The translations under genes were made by a program, and so were the position numbers. Positions 45,518 through 55,478 of a DNA stretch of 64,000 nt are shown one piece after another. This DNA comes from a virus. Under the pieces are notes generated by a model that worked only from the letters and a program-made list of their open reading frames with translations, had not been told where the DNA came from and did not search any database. Where the stretch lies: IMG/VR virus record IMGVR_UViG_3300048065_001187, positions 86,767 to 150,766 of that record; one strand, written 5' to 3'. Within the stretch, counting starts at the first letter, position 1, and the number at the start of each line of letters is the position of its first letter.

Positions 45518-48217
45518 ATGAATAAAGACAAATTCCACTACATCTCCGATCAACTAGCTGATCTCGTATTAAAAAATAACTCATGTGCTTTCTTAACTCC
45601 TCAATTAATTAAAGAAGGTGTTTTCTCTTTTGATAAAAGAGGCGGTAAAGATTTCTACGGCACTCTTTTTGGAAGCACAATAAGGCTTTCTCTTAAAAAA
45701 GGATACCAAGGGGCTTCTGAAGGTAACAATGATATAGGTGTTCTAGCTTGCAGGGAATTGTTTGTTAATGCCGATGAAGCTTTACTTGAGCTTGATTATG
45801 CCTTATCTGATGAACAGGATTATAACAAGGTTCTTAAAGGCGGTAAATCTAAATATCAAATCTCTAGTATGATTGATGCTCAAAATAAATTTCCTGTTTC
45901 GGAAACTTTATCAAATGTTCATCAAAAGAGAATTAATGCAGTCCTCGTAGAAGGTAGCAATGAAAATTTAAGGGGTTTATGCGTTCAAGATTCAGGTATC
46001 GGTCAATGCGGAGATTCCTTTGAAGGTAACTTTACCTATAGCAATCGTCATTCTACAAAAGGTGGAATCAATTTTCTCACAGGTTTGTATGGCATGGGTT
46101 CTACTGCTATTACTCAATTTCAATCGCATGAAACATTAAGGTATAGAATGGCATTTTCTAGGCGTCATCATAAATTCGTAGAACCTTATGAATTAGAACA
46201 TAATTTCGGCAAACATATTCATTTTGCATTTAATCTTATATTGATTCCCGATTTATTTGAAGATGGGGGGGTTTTATCAGAACTTGATTGTCCTACATTA
46301 GATCGAGGATATAATTTTTATTCTCTTGAAATTGAGGTTGATGATGGTGTTTTCAAGCATCCAATTTGCAGTGAAAACTATAAATTTTCTCCATCTTACT
46401 CAGTTAAACCTGCTAAGAAAAATTGCAAGGGTTTAGAGCATGGAACTTTGGTTATGGTATCTGATGTTGATTTGCATACTAATTCTTCTCAAGTCTGCAA
46501 TGTTCAAGCAAAGCATACTTTCTATTCTACAGGAAGAGGAGTTAATTCTTTAGCTTCGGTTTTAAATTCAACGCACCCTAATTACTTAAACACTATAGGG
46601 CTTGATGATTATATGCAAAAAGCTACTCGCGCCAAATCTGCAAGCGACAATGGGGGCGGTAGTTCTCGTAAAATCCAAGGTCTTGAACAGATTGTATCCA
46701 AGGATGGATATGAGACTATTGATTTTGGTGAATTTAATATGAATTTATTTGGTTCAGTAGAGCCAATAAAAGTTCTTGGTTATTTCGATAATCGACCTGT
46801 TGAGGGTAATTACAAGCAAGATACCGCTATGAATGGTTGCAGTTTTAAACTTGGAGACTTTTATGCTTGTTTTGATTCTTTAACTAAAATTAGAACCAAG
46901 TACAAAATTCAAAAACCTTTGTGCGATTCAATCAAATTTATCTTTGATTTTAATAATTGTAGTGAAAAAACTAAGAGGAAATTGACACAATCCTCTCGCA
47001 ACAATCTTAATTTAGATAAATCCGAAAGGGATGAACTTACTGAAAGAGGTATCGACCAAATTCATAATCACTCTCGCATGAAAGAGCTTTTTGCAGAGTA
47101 TCCATCTGCAAGTAATGATAAGCTAGACTCTTTCAAGGAAGAGGATTTCGACCTACTTAGTCCTTTGTTTCTCGGCAATTGCAAGACAGAAGCACCGAAA
47201 CCTAAACCTAATTTAAACGCAACTTATGATCGTGAGTTAAAGTATATTCAGATCAAACCAACCACTTTACGGAGAAAACTTTTCAATAACGAAAAAGTAT
47301 CATTCAAGTGCATTGGCTCTGATTCCTCATCCTTTAACTTGAGTTTTATCCACAACGTTTATGGTTCGGTAGCAGACAAGCATCGTTTTGATATTGATAT
47401 TTCCATGTCGCTAGATCAAGGTAAAACATGGAACAATGCCGTTTCAAATACTCCAATCTGCGATAAGGATGGAGAGCTAGAGATAAAAGGTATTACTTCC
47501 CCGAATCAGAACGATCTTGATTGTGCCGATAAAACTTTCCTAATGAAAGTTAGCATTAAACCAAGAAATCAAGATAAATGGGTAAGTTCGGATTTTGTTT
47601 CAGCGCCGATAGATGTTCGTTGCATTTTTAACGAACCTCAAAACATTAATCATAGCGATCAACCTAGAAACAGGACTAAGTTCAGTTTTTCAAGCTCTGG
47701 CGGTACTGCACCTGCTTTGTGTCCTTTAGATGTAAGGATCATTAAGGATGCAAAGCAGTTTTATGACGCGGAAGGTAATCTCGAATATATGATTTCTTAT
47801 TCTGATGTAGATGATCAGACCAAAATTAGCCCTATGAAGGAAAACGATTTTGTCGGATTTTCTAATAGTCACGACAAGCAAACTATTGTACTGAATGGCA
47901 TTCATCAAGAGCTTTCTAGCAGGTTTCCTGATGACATTGAAAGGGATTTTGCCACAAACTATTTAGCCTCTAAGCTTAAAAGTGTGTGTGCTGAAATCAT
48001 TTCTAATCAAAACGAAGTGACTGATCTGTCTGCTATCAATAGTTCGTTTCCTGCTGAGATAGGAATGGCATTTCTATTGATAGATAAATCCATCAAGCAA
48101 GCAGTTCAAGCGCGTAGAGAGGTTGCCAACAAGAAGAACAAGCGCAAGGCTAAATCCAAGAAGCTTGCTCCCAAGAAGAAGCCTCTAGCAAAGAAGAAAT
48201 CCAAGCAATCTGCGTAA
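45518..48217 (+). CDS. GHKL (MORC/Hsp90-like) ATPase with a Lys-rich tail
   Basis: RELFVNADEA, DSGIG, GLYGMG and HGT GHKL motifs. C-terminal KKLAPKKKPLAKKK. Confidence 0.7.
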   Translation: MNKDKFHYISDQLADLVLKNNSCAFLTPQLIKEGVFSFDKRGGKDFYGTLFGSTIRLSLKKGYQGASEGNNDIGVLACRELFVNADEALLELDYALSDEQDYNKVLKGGKSKYQISSMIDAQNKFPVSETLSNVHQKRINAVLVEGSNENLRGLCVQDSGIGQCGDSFEGNFTYSNRHSTKGGINFLTGLYGMGSTAITQFQSHETLRYRMAFSRRHHKFVEPYELEHNFGKHIHFAFNLILIPDLFEDGGVLSELDCPTLDRGYNFYSLEIEVDDGVFKHPICSENYKFSPSYSVKPAKKNCKGLEHGTLVMVSDVDLHTNSSQVCNVQAKHTFYSTGRGVNSLASVLNSTHPNYLNTIGLDDYMQKATRAKSASDNGGGSSRKIQGLEQIVSKDGYETIDFGEFNMNLFGSVEPIKVLGYFDNRPVEGNYKQDTAMNGCSFKLGDFYACFDSLTKIRTKYKIQKPLCDSIKFIFDFNNCSEKTKRKLTQSSRNNLNLDKSERDELTERGIDQIHNHSRMKELFAEYPSASNDKLDSFKEEDFDLLSPLFLGNCKTEAPKPKPNLNATYDRELKYIQIKPTTLRRKLFNNEKVSFKCIGSDSSSFNLSFIHNVYGSVADKHRFDIDISMSLDQGKTWNNAVSNTPICDKDGELEIKGITSPNQNDLDCADKTFLMKVSIKPRNQDKWVSSDFVSAPIDVRCIFNEPQNINHSDQPRNRTKFSFSSSGGTAPALCPLDVRIIKDAKQFYDAEGNLEYMISYSDVDDQTKISPMKENDFVGFSNSHDKQTIVLNGIHQELSSRFPDDIERDFATNYLASKLKSVCAEIISNQNEVTDLSAINSSFPAEIGMAFLLIDKSIKQAVQARREVANKKNKRKAKSKKLAPKKKPLAKKKSKQSA

Positions 48218-48259
48218 TAGTTCTTGACACAAATCCTAAATTCTGCATACTGAAATACT

Positions 48260-48487
48260 ATGAATAGATTTGAATTAGAAGATGCAATGAGTGACCTTCA
48301 CCAAGTAGGTCAAGATATAGAAACAATCATATATGCCATTGGAGACTCTCCTATCAAGCATACTGAAGATCAATTATTGAATATGTTGATCGGTATGAAA
48401 CAGATGCATGAAACTCGTTATCAAAAAATGTGGAATATATTTGAGTGTTTAGTTAAAAAAGGAATCATATCAAACAAGGAGAAATAA
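48260..48487 (+). CDS. Phage hypothetical protein (RFELE motif)
   Basis: TTGACA-N16-CATACT promoter. Confidence 0.6.
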   Translation: MNRFELEDAMSDLHQVGQDIETIIYAIGDSPIKHTEDQLLNMLIGMKQMHETRYQKMWNIFECLVKKGIISNKEK

Positions 48488-48491
48488 AATA

Positions 48492-48830
48492 ATGTTATTA
48501 GAACTAGATAAAGAAGTAGAATTAAAAATCGTTGACCTTGCACTATCTCACATCAAGAAAGTCGAGGCTAACCCCGATGTAGTGACTGATGGAGATAATT
48601 TCGATTATTGGAATAGTTGTCCATTGAGTGATGGTACATTTGTTGATTATAATATTCATGAGTCAAACTTAGGTACGTCTTCGGATGAAGAGGATTATGT
48701 CAACGAATGGCATTGCTCTGCGTATCATGTTGATTCACCAAATGAAGAAAGGGATTACCATCAAGTTAATACTGACATTGAAAAATATATTTTCACATAC
48801 ATAGATGGAAAGATAACATATATAGATTAA
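48492..48830 (+). CDS. Hypothetical protein
   Basis: ORF track. Confidence 0.55.
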   Translation: MLLELDKEVELKIVDLALSHIKKVEANPDVVTDGDNFDYWNSCPLSDGTFVDYNIHESNLGTSSDEEDYVNEWHCSAYHVDSPNEERDYHQVNTDIEKYIFTYIDGKITYID

Positions 48831-48831
48831 T

Positions 48832-49062
48832 ATGAAATATTTAATTCCGATTTTATTTTTGGCGGGTTGTGCAAGCGAGAAACCTTTGCAGACATTGCAT
48901 AATTACCCTATACTTGATCCTCATAATTGCCCACTACCAACAGATCAATATGATAACCCCGATTTAAAAGCACAGGCTAAAGCCCTTAATATTAGATATG
49001 TTGATTACTTACATCAAATTAATGCTAGAAAAACTGAAACGACTTTTGTCTTGGACAAGTGA
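48832..49062 (+). CDS. Small lipoprotein
   Basis: FLAGC lipobox. Confidence 0.65.
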   Translation: MKYLIPILFLAGCASEKPLQTLHNYPILDPHNCPLPTDQYDNPDLKAQAKALNIRYVDYLHQINARKTETTFVLDK

Positions 49063-49161
49063 ACGATTTGTTGGCTTTTTTACTTATAATGATTATCTTG
49101 TCATTGAGCTTTTGGTTATTTTTTTCTTGACGGCAATGCTACTTTCAGCTAGTGTTTCATT

Positions 49162-49368
49162 ATGAGCAAATACAATCCAAAGAAAAAGAATACTTACCTG
49201 TTTAGCGTTCCTGCTACTTATGTCTACGAAGTAGATGCTGATAGCGAGGAAGAGGCTAGAGAATTACTAGAAGAAGAAGGGGGTATGGATATTGAGGGCG
49301 AACTTTGCGACATAACTCGCAAGGATTACCAAAATGCTATTCTTGAAGAAACATGGGAGAGTGAATAA
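49162..49368 (+). CDS. Small acidic protein (VxAxSEEEA family)
   Basis: YEVDADSEEEA. TTGACG-N17-TAGTGT promoter. Confidence 0.6.
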   Translation: MSKYNPKKKNTYLFSVPATYVYEVDADSEEEARELLEEEGGMDIEGELCDITRKDYQNAILEETWESE

Positions 49369-49964
49369 TGAGCGGAGAAGGATTGTCAGTAAGTTTTAGA
49401 AGAACATCAATGACTGAAAAGTCAAACGCAGAACTTCTAAGAGAGTTTCAAAGCATCGTATATGCAAGTCTTGTTACTAGGCACATGAAATGGTACGGCA
49501 AAGATCATAGCGTTGACATATTAGAACATGGTGACGATAATCGCCAAAAATGGGAGCAAGAAAGTGTTGCCATAAAAGATAGTTTTAAATTTGAAATTAG
49601 TGTCTACGAATCTTGGTATGAAGATGCCGATTTATATGAGTCACATGAAAGAGAAGATAGTTTTGTTTCTCTTGCTAGAAAGTTTGCGGTAGATAATTGC
49701 TTGATGTATTTTTCCGAAGGTTTTCCTGCTGAATGGATAGAGACAGAAACTACTGATGGAGAAAAATGTTGGAATCATTACAATGTAAAACCCGATGATA
49801 AAAACATTGACAAGATATGCGAGATATGGCATGATTATGGTATGAGCATGGTTAAAGCAGAACAACATGGTCAAACTGATAACATGAAAAGTTTTTATTG
49901 GAAAAATGCAAGAAATCAAATAAAAGGATTAATGGGGAATAATCACATAAACCAATGTATGTAA
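49368..49964 (+). CDS. Hypothetical protein
   Basis: TAATG-coupled. Confidence 0.6.
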   Translation: MSGEGLSVSFRRTSMTEKSNAELLREFQSIVYASLVTRHMKWYGKDHSVDILEHGDDNRQKWEQESVAIKDSFKFEISVYESWYEDADLYESHEREDSFVSLARKFAVDNCLMYFSEGFPAEWIETETTDGEKCWNHYNVKPDDKNIDKICEIWHDYGMSMVKAEQHGQTDNMKSFYWKNARNQIKGLMGNNHINQCM

Positions 49965-50088
49965 TTCATTCCTGTTGTTATAGCGGTAACGATAACCCCA
50001 AGCATTAATTTTAAAATTTTAAAACATTGATAATCATTTAACATAGCAAACAAATAACGAATCAATAATACAACTAGATCATAATAAA

Positions 50089-50271
50089 ATGAATATTGAA
50101 ATAAATAATCAAAAATTACAAAATTATATTTTACTTGACAAAAACCTAAAGCCTAGTTATGCTAAAATTCAATCTGCGTATTTGACAGATAAAGAAGCAC
50201 AAACTAAAAATTTAGCTTTTAAAATGAATCGAACAAACAAGCAATATATATTAGAGAAGGATTGGAAATGA
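50089..50271 (+). CDS. Hypothetical protein
   Basis: ORF track. Confidence 0.45.
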   Translation: MNIEINNQKLQNYILLDKNLKPSYAKIQSAYLTDKEAQTKNLAFKMNRTNKQYILEKDWK

Positions 50272-50540
50272 AAGTAGATAGTTGGTTAACAATTAGACAA
50301 GAAGATGATGAAGATGTTTTGTCTGCACCTATTATGTGGTTAGACGATATGTCCGAAGATGACCTTTTTCCTTCTGATGATTTAAATATTGATTGGGTAG
50401 AAGAAATGGACAAAGAAGGTGCTCCAATTATAGATGGCGATCATTTAGGCAGAGATATTTGCATAGAAGTAACTTGCCCATCGAAAAAACTTGACAAGCG
50501 TAGGGCGGTAGGTTATAATATAGACTTCGGTTGGAACTAA
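50268..50540 (+). CDS. Acidic hypothetical protein
   Basis: ATGA-coupled. Confidence 0.5.
   Translation: MKVDSWLTIRQEDDEDVLSAPIMWLDDMSEDDLFPSDDLNIDWVEEMDKEGAPIIDGDHLGRDICIEVTCPSKKLDKRRAVGYNIDFGWN
50491..50519 (+). promoter_or_regulatory. Perfect consensus sigma70 promoter inside coding sequence
   Basis: TTGACA-N17-TATAAT. Confidence 0.85.
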
Positions 50541-50542
50541 TT

Positions 50543-50824
50543 ATGAAAATATCAATTACAACAAATAATAAAGTATTTAGCGTTGAAGATGAATACGGAT
50601 TTGATTCCGTAGGCATACATGAGGCAGTAGAGATGTTCAAAGGTTTACTTGTTTGTGCGGGATTTCATCCTAGCAATGTGGATGATGCGTTCAATACGGA
50701 ATATACATGGTTCACAGAAGAAGAAAGAAATGATAATATGCAAGGTCATACAAAAAAAGAAGTTGAAGAGTGGCAAAATAATTTATTCAAACAAGACGAT
50801 AAAGACAACGACTATGTTTTTTAA
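50543..50824 (+). CDS. Hypothetical protein
   Basis: ATG after the promoter. Confidence 0.55.
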   Translation: MKISITTNNKVFSVEDEYGFDSVGIHEAVEMFKGLLVCAGFHPSNVDDAFNTEYTWFTEEERNDNMQGHTKKEVEEWQNNLFKQDDKDNDYVF

Positions 50825-50826
50825 TT

Positions 50827-51090
50827 ATGAAAAATTTTAGATTCTTAGATAAAATGATAGACCGATTTTTATTATTTTTATTAGTTTGCGCGATTTTAAT
50901 TTTCTTTTTTTCTTGCAGTTCTAAGGCATCTATGTACCATATATATTTAGAGCATGATCCAAGAGAGCCATTGTACAGCACTTCTTCGCTAAAAGATGCT
51001 CATGAATACTATGAATACTACAAACCATTTCATTCAGATATGTACATACAAACGACTGAACAAGAAAATAATTTAGTAATTTTAAAATGA
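50827..51090 (+). CDS. Putative lipoprotein/membrane protein
   Basis: Hydrophobic stretch ending FFFSC. Confidence 0.5.
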   Translation: MKNFRFLDKMIDRFLLFLLVCAILIFFFSCSSKASMYHIYLEHDPREPLYSTSSLKDAHEYYEYYKPFHSDMYIQTTEQENNLVILK

Positions 51091-51287
51091 TACAAATAGA
51101 AGATGCAAACAATGAGAGTTATCACATTAACCCCAAAAATGTGGTATATGTTAAAGAACGAACTGACCCAATGAAGGGGGAGAAATGGTGGAAGATTACT
51201 TTTGTTAATGGCGAGCAATTACACACTCGCAACGAAGCAGGAGTGACATCTATAATTAACTCTATCAAAGTAAAAGTCAGGGTATAA
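51087..51287 (+). CDS. Small protein, FlbD-like motif
   Basis: YHINPKNVVYVKE...ITFVNG. Confidence 0.45.
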   Translation: MIQIEDANNESYHINPKNVVYVKERTDPMKGEKWWKITFVNGEQLHTRNEAGVTSIINSIKVKVRV

Positions 51288-51367
51288 TGGATTTTTTGCT
51301 TGCCATAGTTTTAGGTGTTGTGTTATTATGTATCTCAATTAATAACTTATGGAATAACAATGATTGA
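51287..51367 (+). CDS. 26-aa membrane micropeptide
   Basis: MDFLLAIVLGVVLLCISINNLWNNND, TAATG-coupled. Confidence 0.5.
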   Translation: MDFLLAIVLGVVLLCISINNLWNNND

Positions 51368-51650
51368 AAAAGAAATAATATTAAAAGAAACTACCGAGGG
51401 AGATTTGTTTTTTACGATACCCGATGAAATGCTTGAAAGATTAGGATGGAAAGAAGGGGATGATCTAAAATTTGAAGACAGAAATGGTTCAGTTTTAATT
51501 CGTAAAGTCAAATATGAAAGTGTTGAACTTGAATTTGATGACGAAGAATTACTCAAATATATGAAGTTTGCACACGAAAAAGGAATCACATTTAATGAAC
51601 TTTGCGAGGAAGCAATCAAGACAAAGTTAGATGAAACTGATTCTAAGTAA
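51360..51650 (+). CDS. AbrB/MazE/SpoVT-like DNA-binding protein with an RHH-like C-terminus
   Basis: FTIPDEMLERLGWKEGDDL and AHEKGITFNEL. Confidence 0.7.
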   Translation: MIEKEIILKETTEGDLFFTIPDEMLERLGWKEGDDLKFEDRNGSVLIRKVKYESVELEFDDEELLKYMKFAHEKGITFNELCEEAIKTKLDETDSK

Positions 51651-51814
51651 AATATTATATTTTATCGGTGACTGCATAAGTAAGTTATTTTATTATAGAT
51701 TCTTTAAATGTTTATCGGGGTTTCTTTATCCTGTTTATAGTTGGGTGATGATTTTGAGTTCTGATCTTGACGCAAATGGAAAAATATGGAAGATAGTAAA
51801 GAAAAGGAAATTAC

Positions 51815-52057
51815 ATGAACGAACAAATTACAGAAGAGATTAACTATCGTAGAGGTTACGATAAAGGTTGGGCAGATGCACAAGAATATCTCGCTAAAAA
51901 GTTTGAAAAAATACTAGCAAAAAATTCACATCAATCTTATGACAAGGGTTATGAAGATGGTGCAAATCAAAAAGATAATAAACCTTGCGTGTGTGGATTT
52001 TGGGGCGCAAATAAATATGTAGCGGAATGGCATAAAGATTGCGAAAATGGCAAATAA
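51815..52057 (+). CDS. GYxxG-repeat hypothetical protein
   Basis: RGYDKGWADA and YDKGYEDG. Confidence 0.55.
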   Translation: MNEQITEEINYRRGYDKGWADAQEYLAKKFEKILAKNSHQSYDKGYEDGANQKDNKPCVCGFWGANKYVAEWHKDCENGK

Positions 52058-52202
52058 AAATGACAAAATCAAATTGGGAGTGCAGAAAGAAAATTGAAAA
52101 ATAAATTAAAACTAATATACGAATTTTTTGGTTGCATTGTAGTGTTTAGTCTGATAATGTGTTTTCAATTAATCTATATATTAACAGGAAGAGAATAAAA
52201 AC

Positions 52203-52406
52203 ATGAAAGAAATAATTTTAAAAGTTTTAAATGAAGTTGCGTGCGGAAATACAGGTACTTGTCAAATAAATTTACAATCAGAATCTGCACAAGAAATGAT
52301 TGCTAGTAAGCTAGAGCCTGAATTACAAAGATATATGCAGGAAATAGTTGAGTGTGCAGTTATGGGTGGATCAGATCAATGTTGCGGGGGTGGATACCAT
52401 GACTGA
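52203..52406 (+). CDS. Hypothetical protein (QINLQSESA motif)
   Basis: ORF track. Confidence 0.55.
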   Translation: MKEIILKVLNEVACGNTGTCQINLQSESAQEMIASKLEPELQRYMQEIVECAVMGGSDQCCGGGYHD

Positions 52407-52620
52407 TGGGCAAATCCAAAACTTAATTAGTGCAAATAAAATTCTTGTTCAAGATGTTCTTACTAATAAATCTTTTACACAAGGGGATAGAGAGCAAGTT
52501 AGGGATAAAATGTATTTACTTACATTGCAGTTAGCTTTTTGGGTTGATAAAAACAATAAACAGCGTTTTTTTTACGATTTAAAAGATCATATTCGTTGGA
52601 TGTTGAAAAACTTTTCGTAA
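52399..52620 (+). CDS. Hypothetical protein
   Basis: ATG start overlaps the upstream ORF end. Confidence 0.5.
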   Translation: MTDGQIQNLISANKILVQDVLTNKSFTQGDREQVRDKMYLLTLQLAFWVDKNNKQRFFYDLKDHIRWMLKNFS

Positions 52621-52662
52621 AAAAGAGTTGACAATGCCCCGAACTTTTACTAGATTGAGGGT

Positions 52663-52947
52663 ATGAGCAAAATTACATCACAAGAAATATTAACGCAAGA
52701 AGCGTTCCGAATTAAAGATTTAAAAGAATCTATTGCTGAATCTTACCCCGAAGCATTATTTGCTGATGGACATGATCATGCAATCTTGGGTTACTCTCAA
52801 GATGGTAGAGTGATCTACTCTTATAATAAAATAATAGAGGGATTAATGGATAGCATGACCCATGAAGAGGCAGTAGAATATTTTGATTTTAACATTGGTT
52901 GCGCCTATGTTGGCGAGTATACCCCAATCTATATGTACGAGGAATAG
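52663..52947 (+). CDS. Phage hypothetical protein (ADGxDxAIxG...EAVEYFDFNIxxAYVGExTP)
   Basis: Recurrent phage-type motif. TTGACA-N17-TAGATT promoter. Confidence 0.7.
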   Translation: MSKITSQEILTQEAFRIKDLKESIAESYPEALFADGHDHAILGYSQDGRVIYSYNKIIEGLMDSMTHEEAVEYFDFNIGCAYVGEYTPIYMYEE

Positions 52948-52950
52948 ATA

Positions 52951-53160
52951 ATGAAAACATACGAAGTAGAATTAATGGCAACAACTTATAGAACCTATGA
53001 AGTTGAAGCAGAATCTCCCGAACAAGCCCAAGATATTGTCTTTAGTGAATTAGATGAAGACCACATGATTAGTACCGCATGGAAAGAAGAGGCGAAATTA
53101 TCTTATTGCGAAGAGATAAAAGAAGATTCCGAGCTTGACAAACTAAACCAAGACCTATAA
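52951..53160 (+). CDS. Small acidic protein (VEAESxExA family)
   Basis: YEVEAESPEQA. Confidence 0.6.
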   Translation: MKTYEVELMATTYRTYEVEAESPEQAQDIVFSELDEDHMISTAWKEEAKLSYCEEIKEDSELDKLNQDL

Positions 53161-53169
53161 GGTAAAGAT

Positions 53170-53457
53170 ATGAATAGAAATACAGAAATATTGCAACTAA
53201 GAGAATTACATGAAGTGGAAAGCTCACTTAACACTACAATAGGTCAGATTTATGAATATCCACCTGCTAAAAAAATTGCTGAAAAATTATTTGATTTAAA
53301 TGATGAGTTGAATGCTTTATTAAATAAAAGATCAGATATTTTAAATATGAATTTACGATTTGGATCAGTTGGCGTGGATACATCTCATTTAAACAATGAC
53401 GATTTTGGCGCTTTTATTCGGGGCGAAATAAATGAACATGGAGATAAATTAACATGA
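53170..53457 (+). CDS. Hypothetical protein
   Basis: TTGACA-N17-TAAGGT, 6 nt upstream. Confidence 0.55.
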   Translation: MNRNTEILQLRELHEVESSLNTTIGQIYEYPPAKKIAEKLFDLNDELNALLNKRSDILNMNLRFGSVGVDTSHLNNDDFGAFIRGEINEHGDKLT

Positions 53458-53648
53458 AAGTAATTCGCACAATAATTAATTGGTTTTATCGCAAGAAAAA
53501 TGTTCGCTCCTCGAAAAAGCAAATGGATAAAATAATGAGCGAAGTTAATGCTGATTTCATGGATTACGATGGCATGGGTAACTACGGAAGATTTCCGCCC
53601 GAAAAATAAATACTTGACAATAATAAATAAACGATATAAGGTATGAGC

Positions 53649-54065
53649 ATGAAAAAAATTATAGGAGACGATTATCCAACTTACGAAGAATCTGTAAATC
53701 TTACTCTTGCAGAAAAACAAAAGGCTGAGGCTTTGACTTATCTCACAGAAGTAGAGAGCGAAATCAATAAGCAAAACATTGAAAGATTAATGAAAGAAAA
53801 TCTTGAGCTTAGACATCGCTTGTCTTGTATTACTGATGACATTGAAATTATTGATAGGCACATTAAAAATAATTGCAATAAAAGATTTAAAAGACCAAGC
53901 TTGAATAAAGATGGTAGTACCTATGCAGATAAAGCATGGCACAATGTTACAAATATAGAAATTGCTTGTGATTTAAATGATGACGAGCCATTATATTGGG
54001 GGAGTAAAATCAAAGGAGAACTCACCCAAGACCAAATCATGGAAATGGAACAACAAATACGATGA
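53649..54065 (+). CDS. Hypothetical coiled-coil protein
   Basis: TTGACA-N17-TAAGGT, 6 nt upstream of ATG 53649 (53643 is an alternative start). Confidence 0.55.
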   Translation: MKKIIGDDYPTYEESVNLTLAEKQKAEALTYLTEVESEINKQNIERLMKENLELRHRLSCITDDIEIIDRHIKNNCNKRFKRPSLNKDGSTYADKAWHNVTNIEIACDLNDDEPLYWGSKIKGELTQDQIMEMEQQIR

Positions 54066-54250
54066 ACATCGACTATTCTTTATTAGAAAAACAAAGAGAT
54101 CATTTGCTCGCAATTTTGTGGCATGACTTCAAACCTCCACAAGAAAGAGAAGAAGAGCCTGTCCCACTAGATAGAGAATTAGGTTGGGGCATTGTACATT
54201 TACTAGACGATTTACTAGATCAAGACTATTACAAAAATAAAAAAACATGA
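54062..54250 (+). CDS. Hypothetical protein
   Basis: ATGA-coupled. Confidence 0.5.
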   Translation: MNIDYSLLEKQRDHLLAILWHDFKPPQEREEEPVPLDRELGWGIVHLLDDLLDQDYYKNKKT

Positions 54251-54471
54251 GTAAGAAAAGAGAATATTGCGTTGGGATTAAAATAATCAATTGTTTTTAT
54301 GTCGAGGCAGAAAATAGAACTGAAGCAGAAGAAATTGTCAGGAGTTATGATCCTTACAAAACTCTTGACGATTGTGATTTTAATATTGAATATGCTGATC
54401 CTACAAATGGGCAAGTAGCATGGCAAATAAGAGCAGACGAAGTAGATTGGAATAAACTTAATAATGAATAA
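54247..54471 (+). CDS. Small protein (VEAENxxEA family)
   Basis: FYVEAENRTEA. Confidence 0.55.
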   Translation: MSKKREYCVGIKIINCFYVEAENRTEAEEIVRSYDPYKTLDDCDFNIEYADPTNGQVAWQIRADEVDWNKLNNE

Positions 54472-54673
54472 AAAAACTTTAGCATCACTCAAAAAAGAAG
54501 AAGAACTAAACCAAGAGATTGTAGATTCTTGGAAACATATTAAAGACCTTGAGGCAGAACTAGAATTTCTTTATGTAAGAGAACCGCATGAAGTAGAATA
54601 TATTGAGCGTTTAAAAAATGTGCTTGACAATTTATATCAAAAAGTAGAGAATGAAAAACATGAGATTAAATAA
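54464..54673 (+). CDS. Hypothetical protein
   Basis: ORF track. Confidence 0.5.
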   Translation: MNKKTLASLKKEEELNQEIVDSWKHIKDLEAELEFLYVREPHEVEYIERLKNVLDNLYQKVENEKHEIK

Positions 54674-54863
54674 ATATCAAAAAGCTAGATTACTTGAACA
54701 TGAATGGGATGTTGTTGAAAACGACAATGGGCAAAACTGCTCATGGATTAGCGTAGAACCCGAAGATGGTGAAATTTTTCATATCGTAACTGAACTTTTT
54801 GGCTTGACAGGAGAGGGCAAAGATATTAAGTTATTGGTAGTAGGCACAAGAGAGGAATTTTAA
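54660..54863 (+). CDS. Hypothetical protein
   Basis: TTGACA-N17-GAGAAT, 7 nt upstream. Confidence 0.5.
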   Translation: MRLNKYQKARLLEHEWDVVENDNGQNCSWISVEPEDGEIFHIVTELFGLTGEGKDIKLLVVGTREEF

Positions 54864-54865
54864 TT

Positions 54866-55063
54866 ATGAGAACAACAAAAGAACAACAACGAGACGAAGA
54901 ACCATCAATAGACGATATGCGTTATGACATTGCAGAACGAGAAGCAATGAATATGAATGTTAGTGAAATAATTGATCTTTTACTCGATGGGTGCATTGGA
55001 TTAAATGAAATGCCAAGCATTGAAATAAAAGATGAATGGAATCAAATTTTTAACTCAAAATAA
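54866..55063 (+). CDS. Hypothetical protein
   Basis: ORF track. Confidence 0.5.
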   Translation: MRTTKEQQRDEEPSIDDMRYDIAEREAMNMNVSEIIDLLLDGCIGLNEMPSIEIKDEWNQIFNSK

Positions 55064-55070
55064 TATAAAT

Positions 55071-55274
55071 ATGAATATAAATCCCGAACATCAAGCTAAA
55101 GAAGAACAAATCAGAAACCTAGAGCAAGAACTTACTGAAACTCAAGAAGAAGTAATGCAATATCAAAACCTCGGAGATAATCATACTGCTAATGTATATG
55201 TCCGAAGGTGTGCGGAGATAAAAAAATCTATTGATACTTTAAAAATGGAAATTTCAGATAACAATGAATCTTGA
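55071..55274 (+). CDS. Hypothetical coiled-coil protein
   Basis: ATG start. Confidence 0.5.
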   Translation: MNINPEHQAKEEQIRNLEQELTETQEEVMQYQNLGDNHTANVYVRRCAEIKKSIDTLKMEISDNNES

Positions 55275-55478
55275 ACAAGCATTTGACATCGTAATGAATG
55301 AAGCAGAAGTTTCTGCTCTTGGAGAAAAGAGTGATGAACACTTAAAAGTTCTACTCGCAACAGAAGTAATGCAAGCGTTTTACGAAGAGCATGGGCATCA
55401 CTTTGCCAACTTTTCCCTTGACAAAGCAGAGCAAGTTTCATAGATTACAATCATTAATCACAAACACAAGGAATAAAA

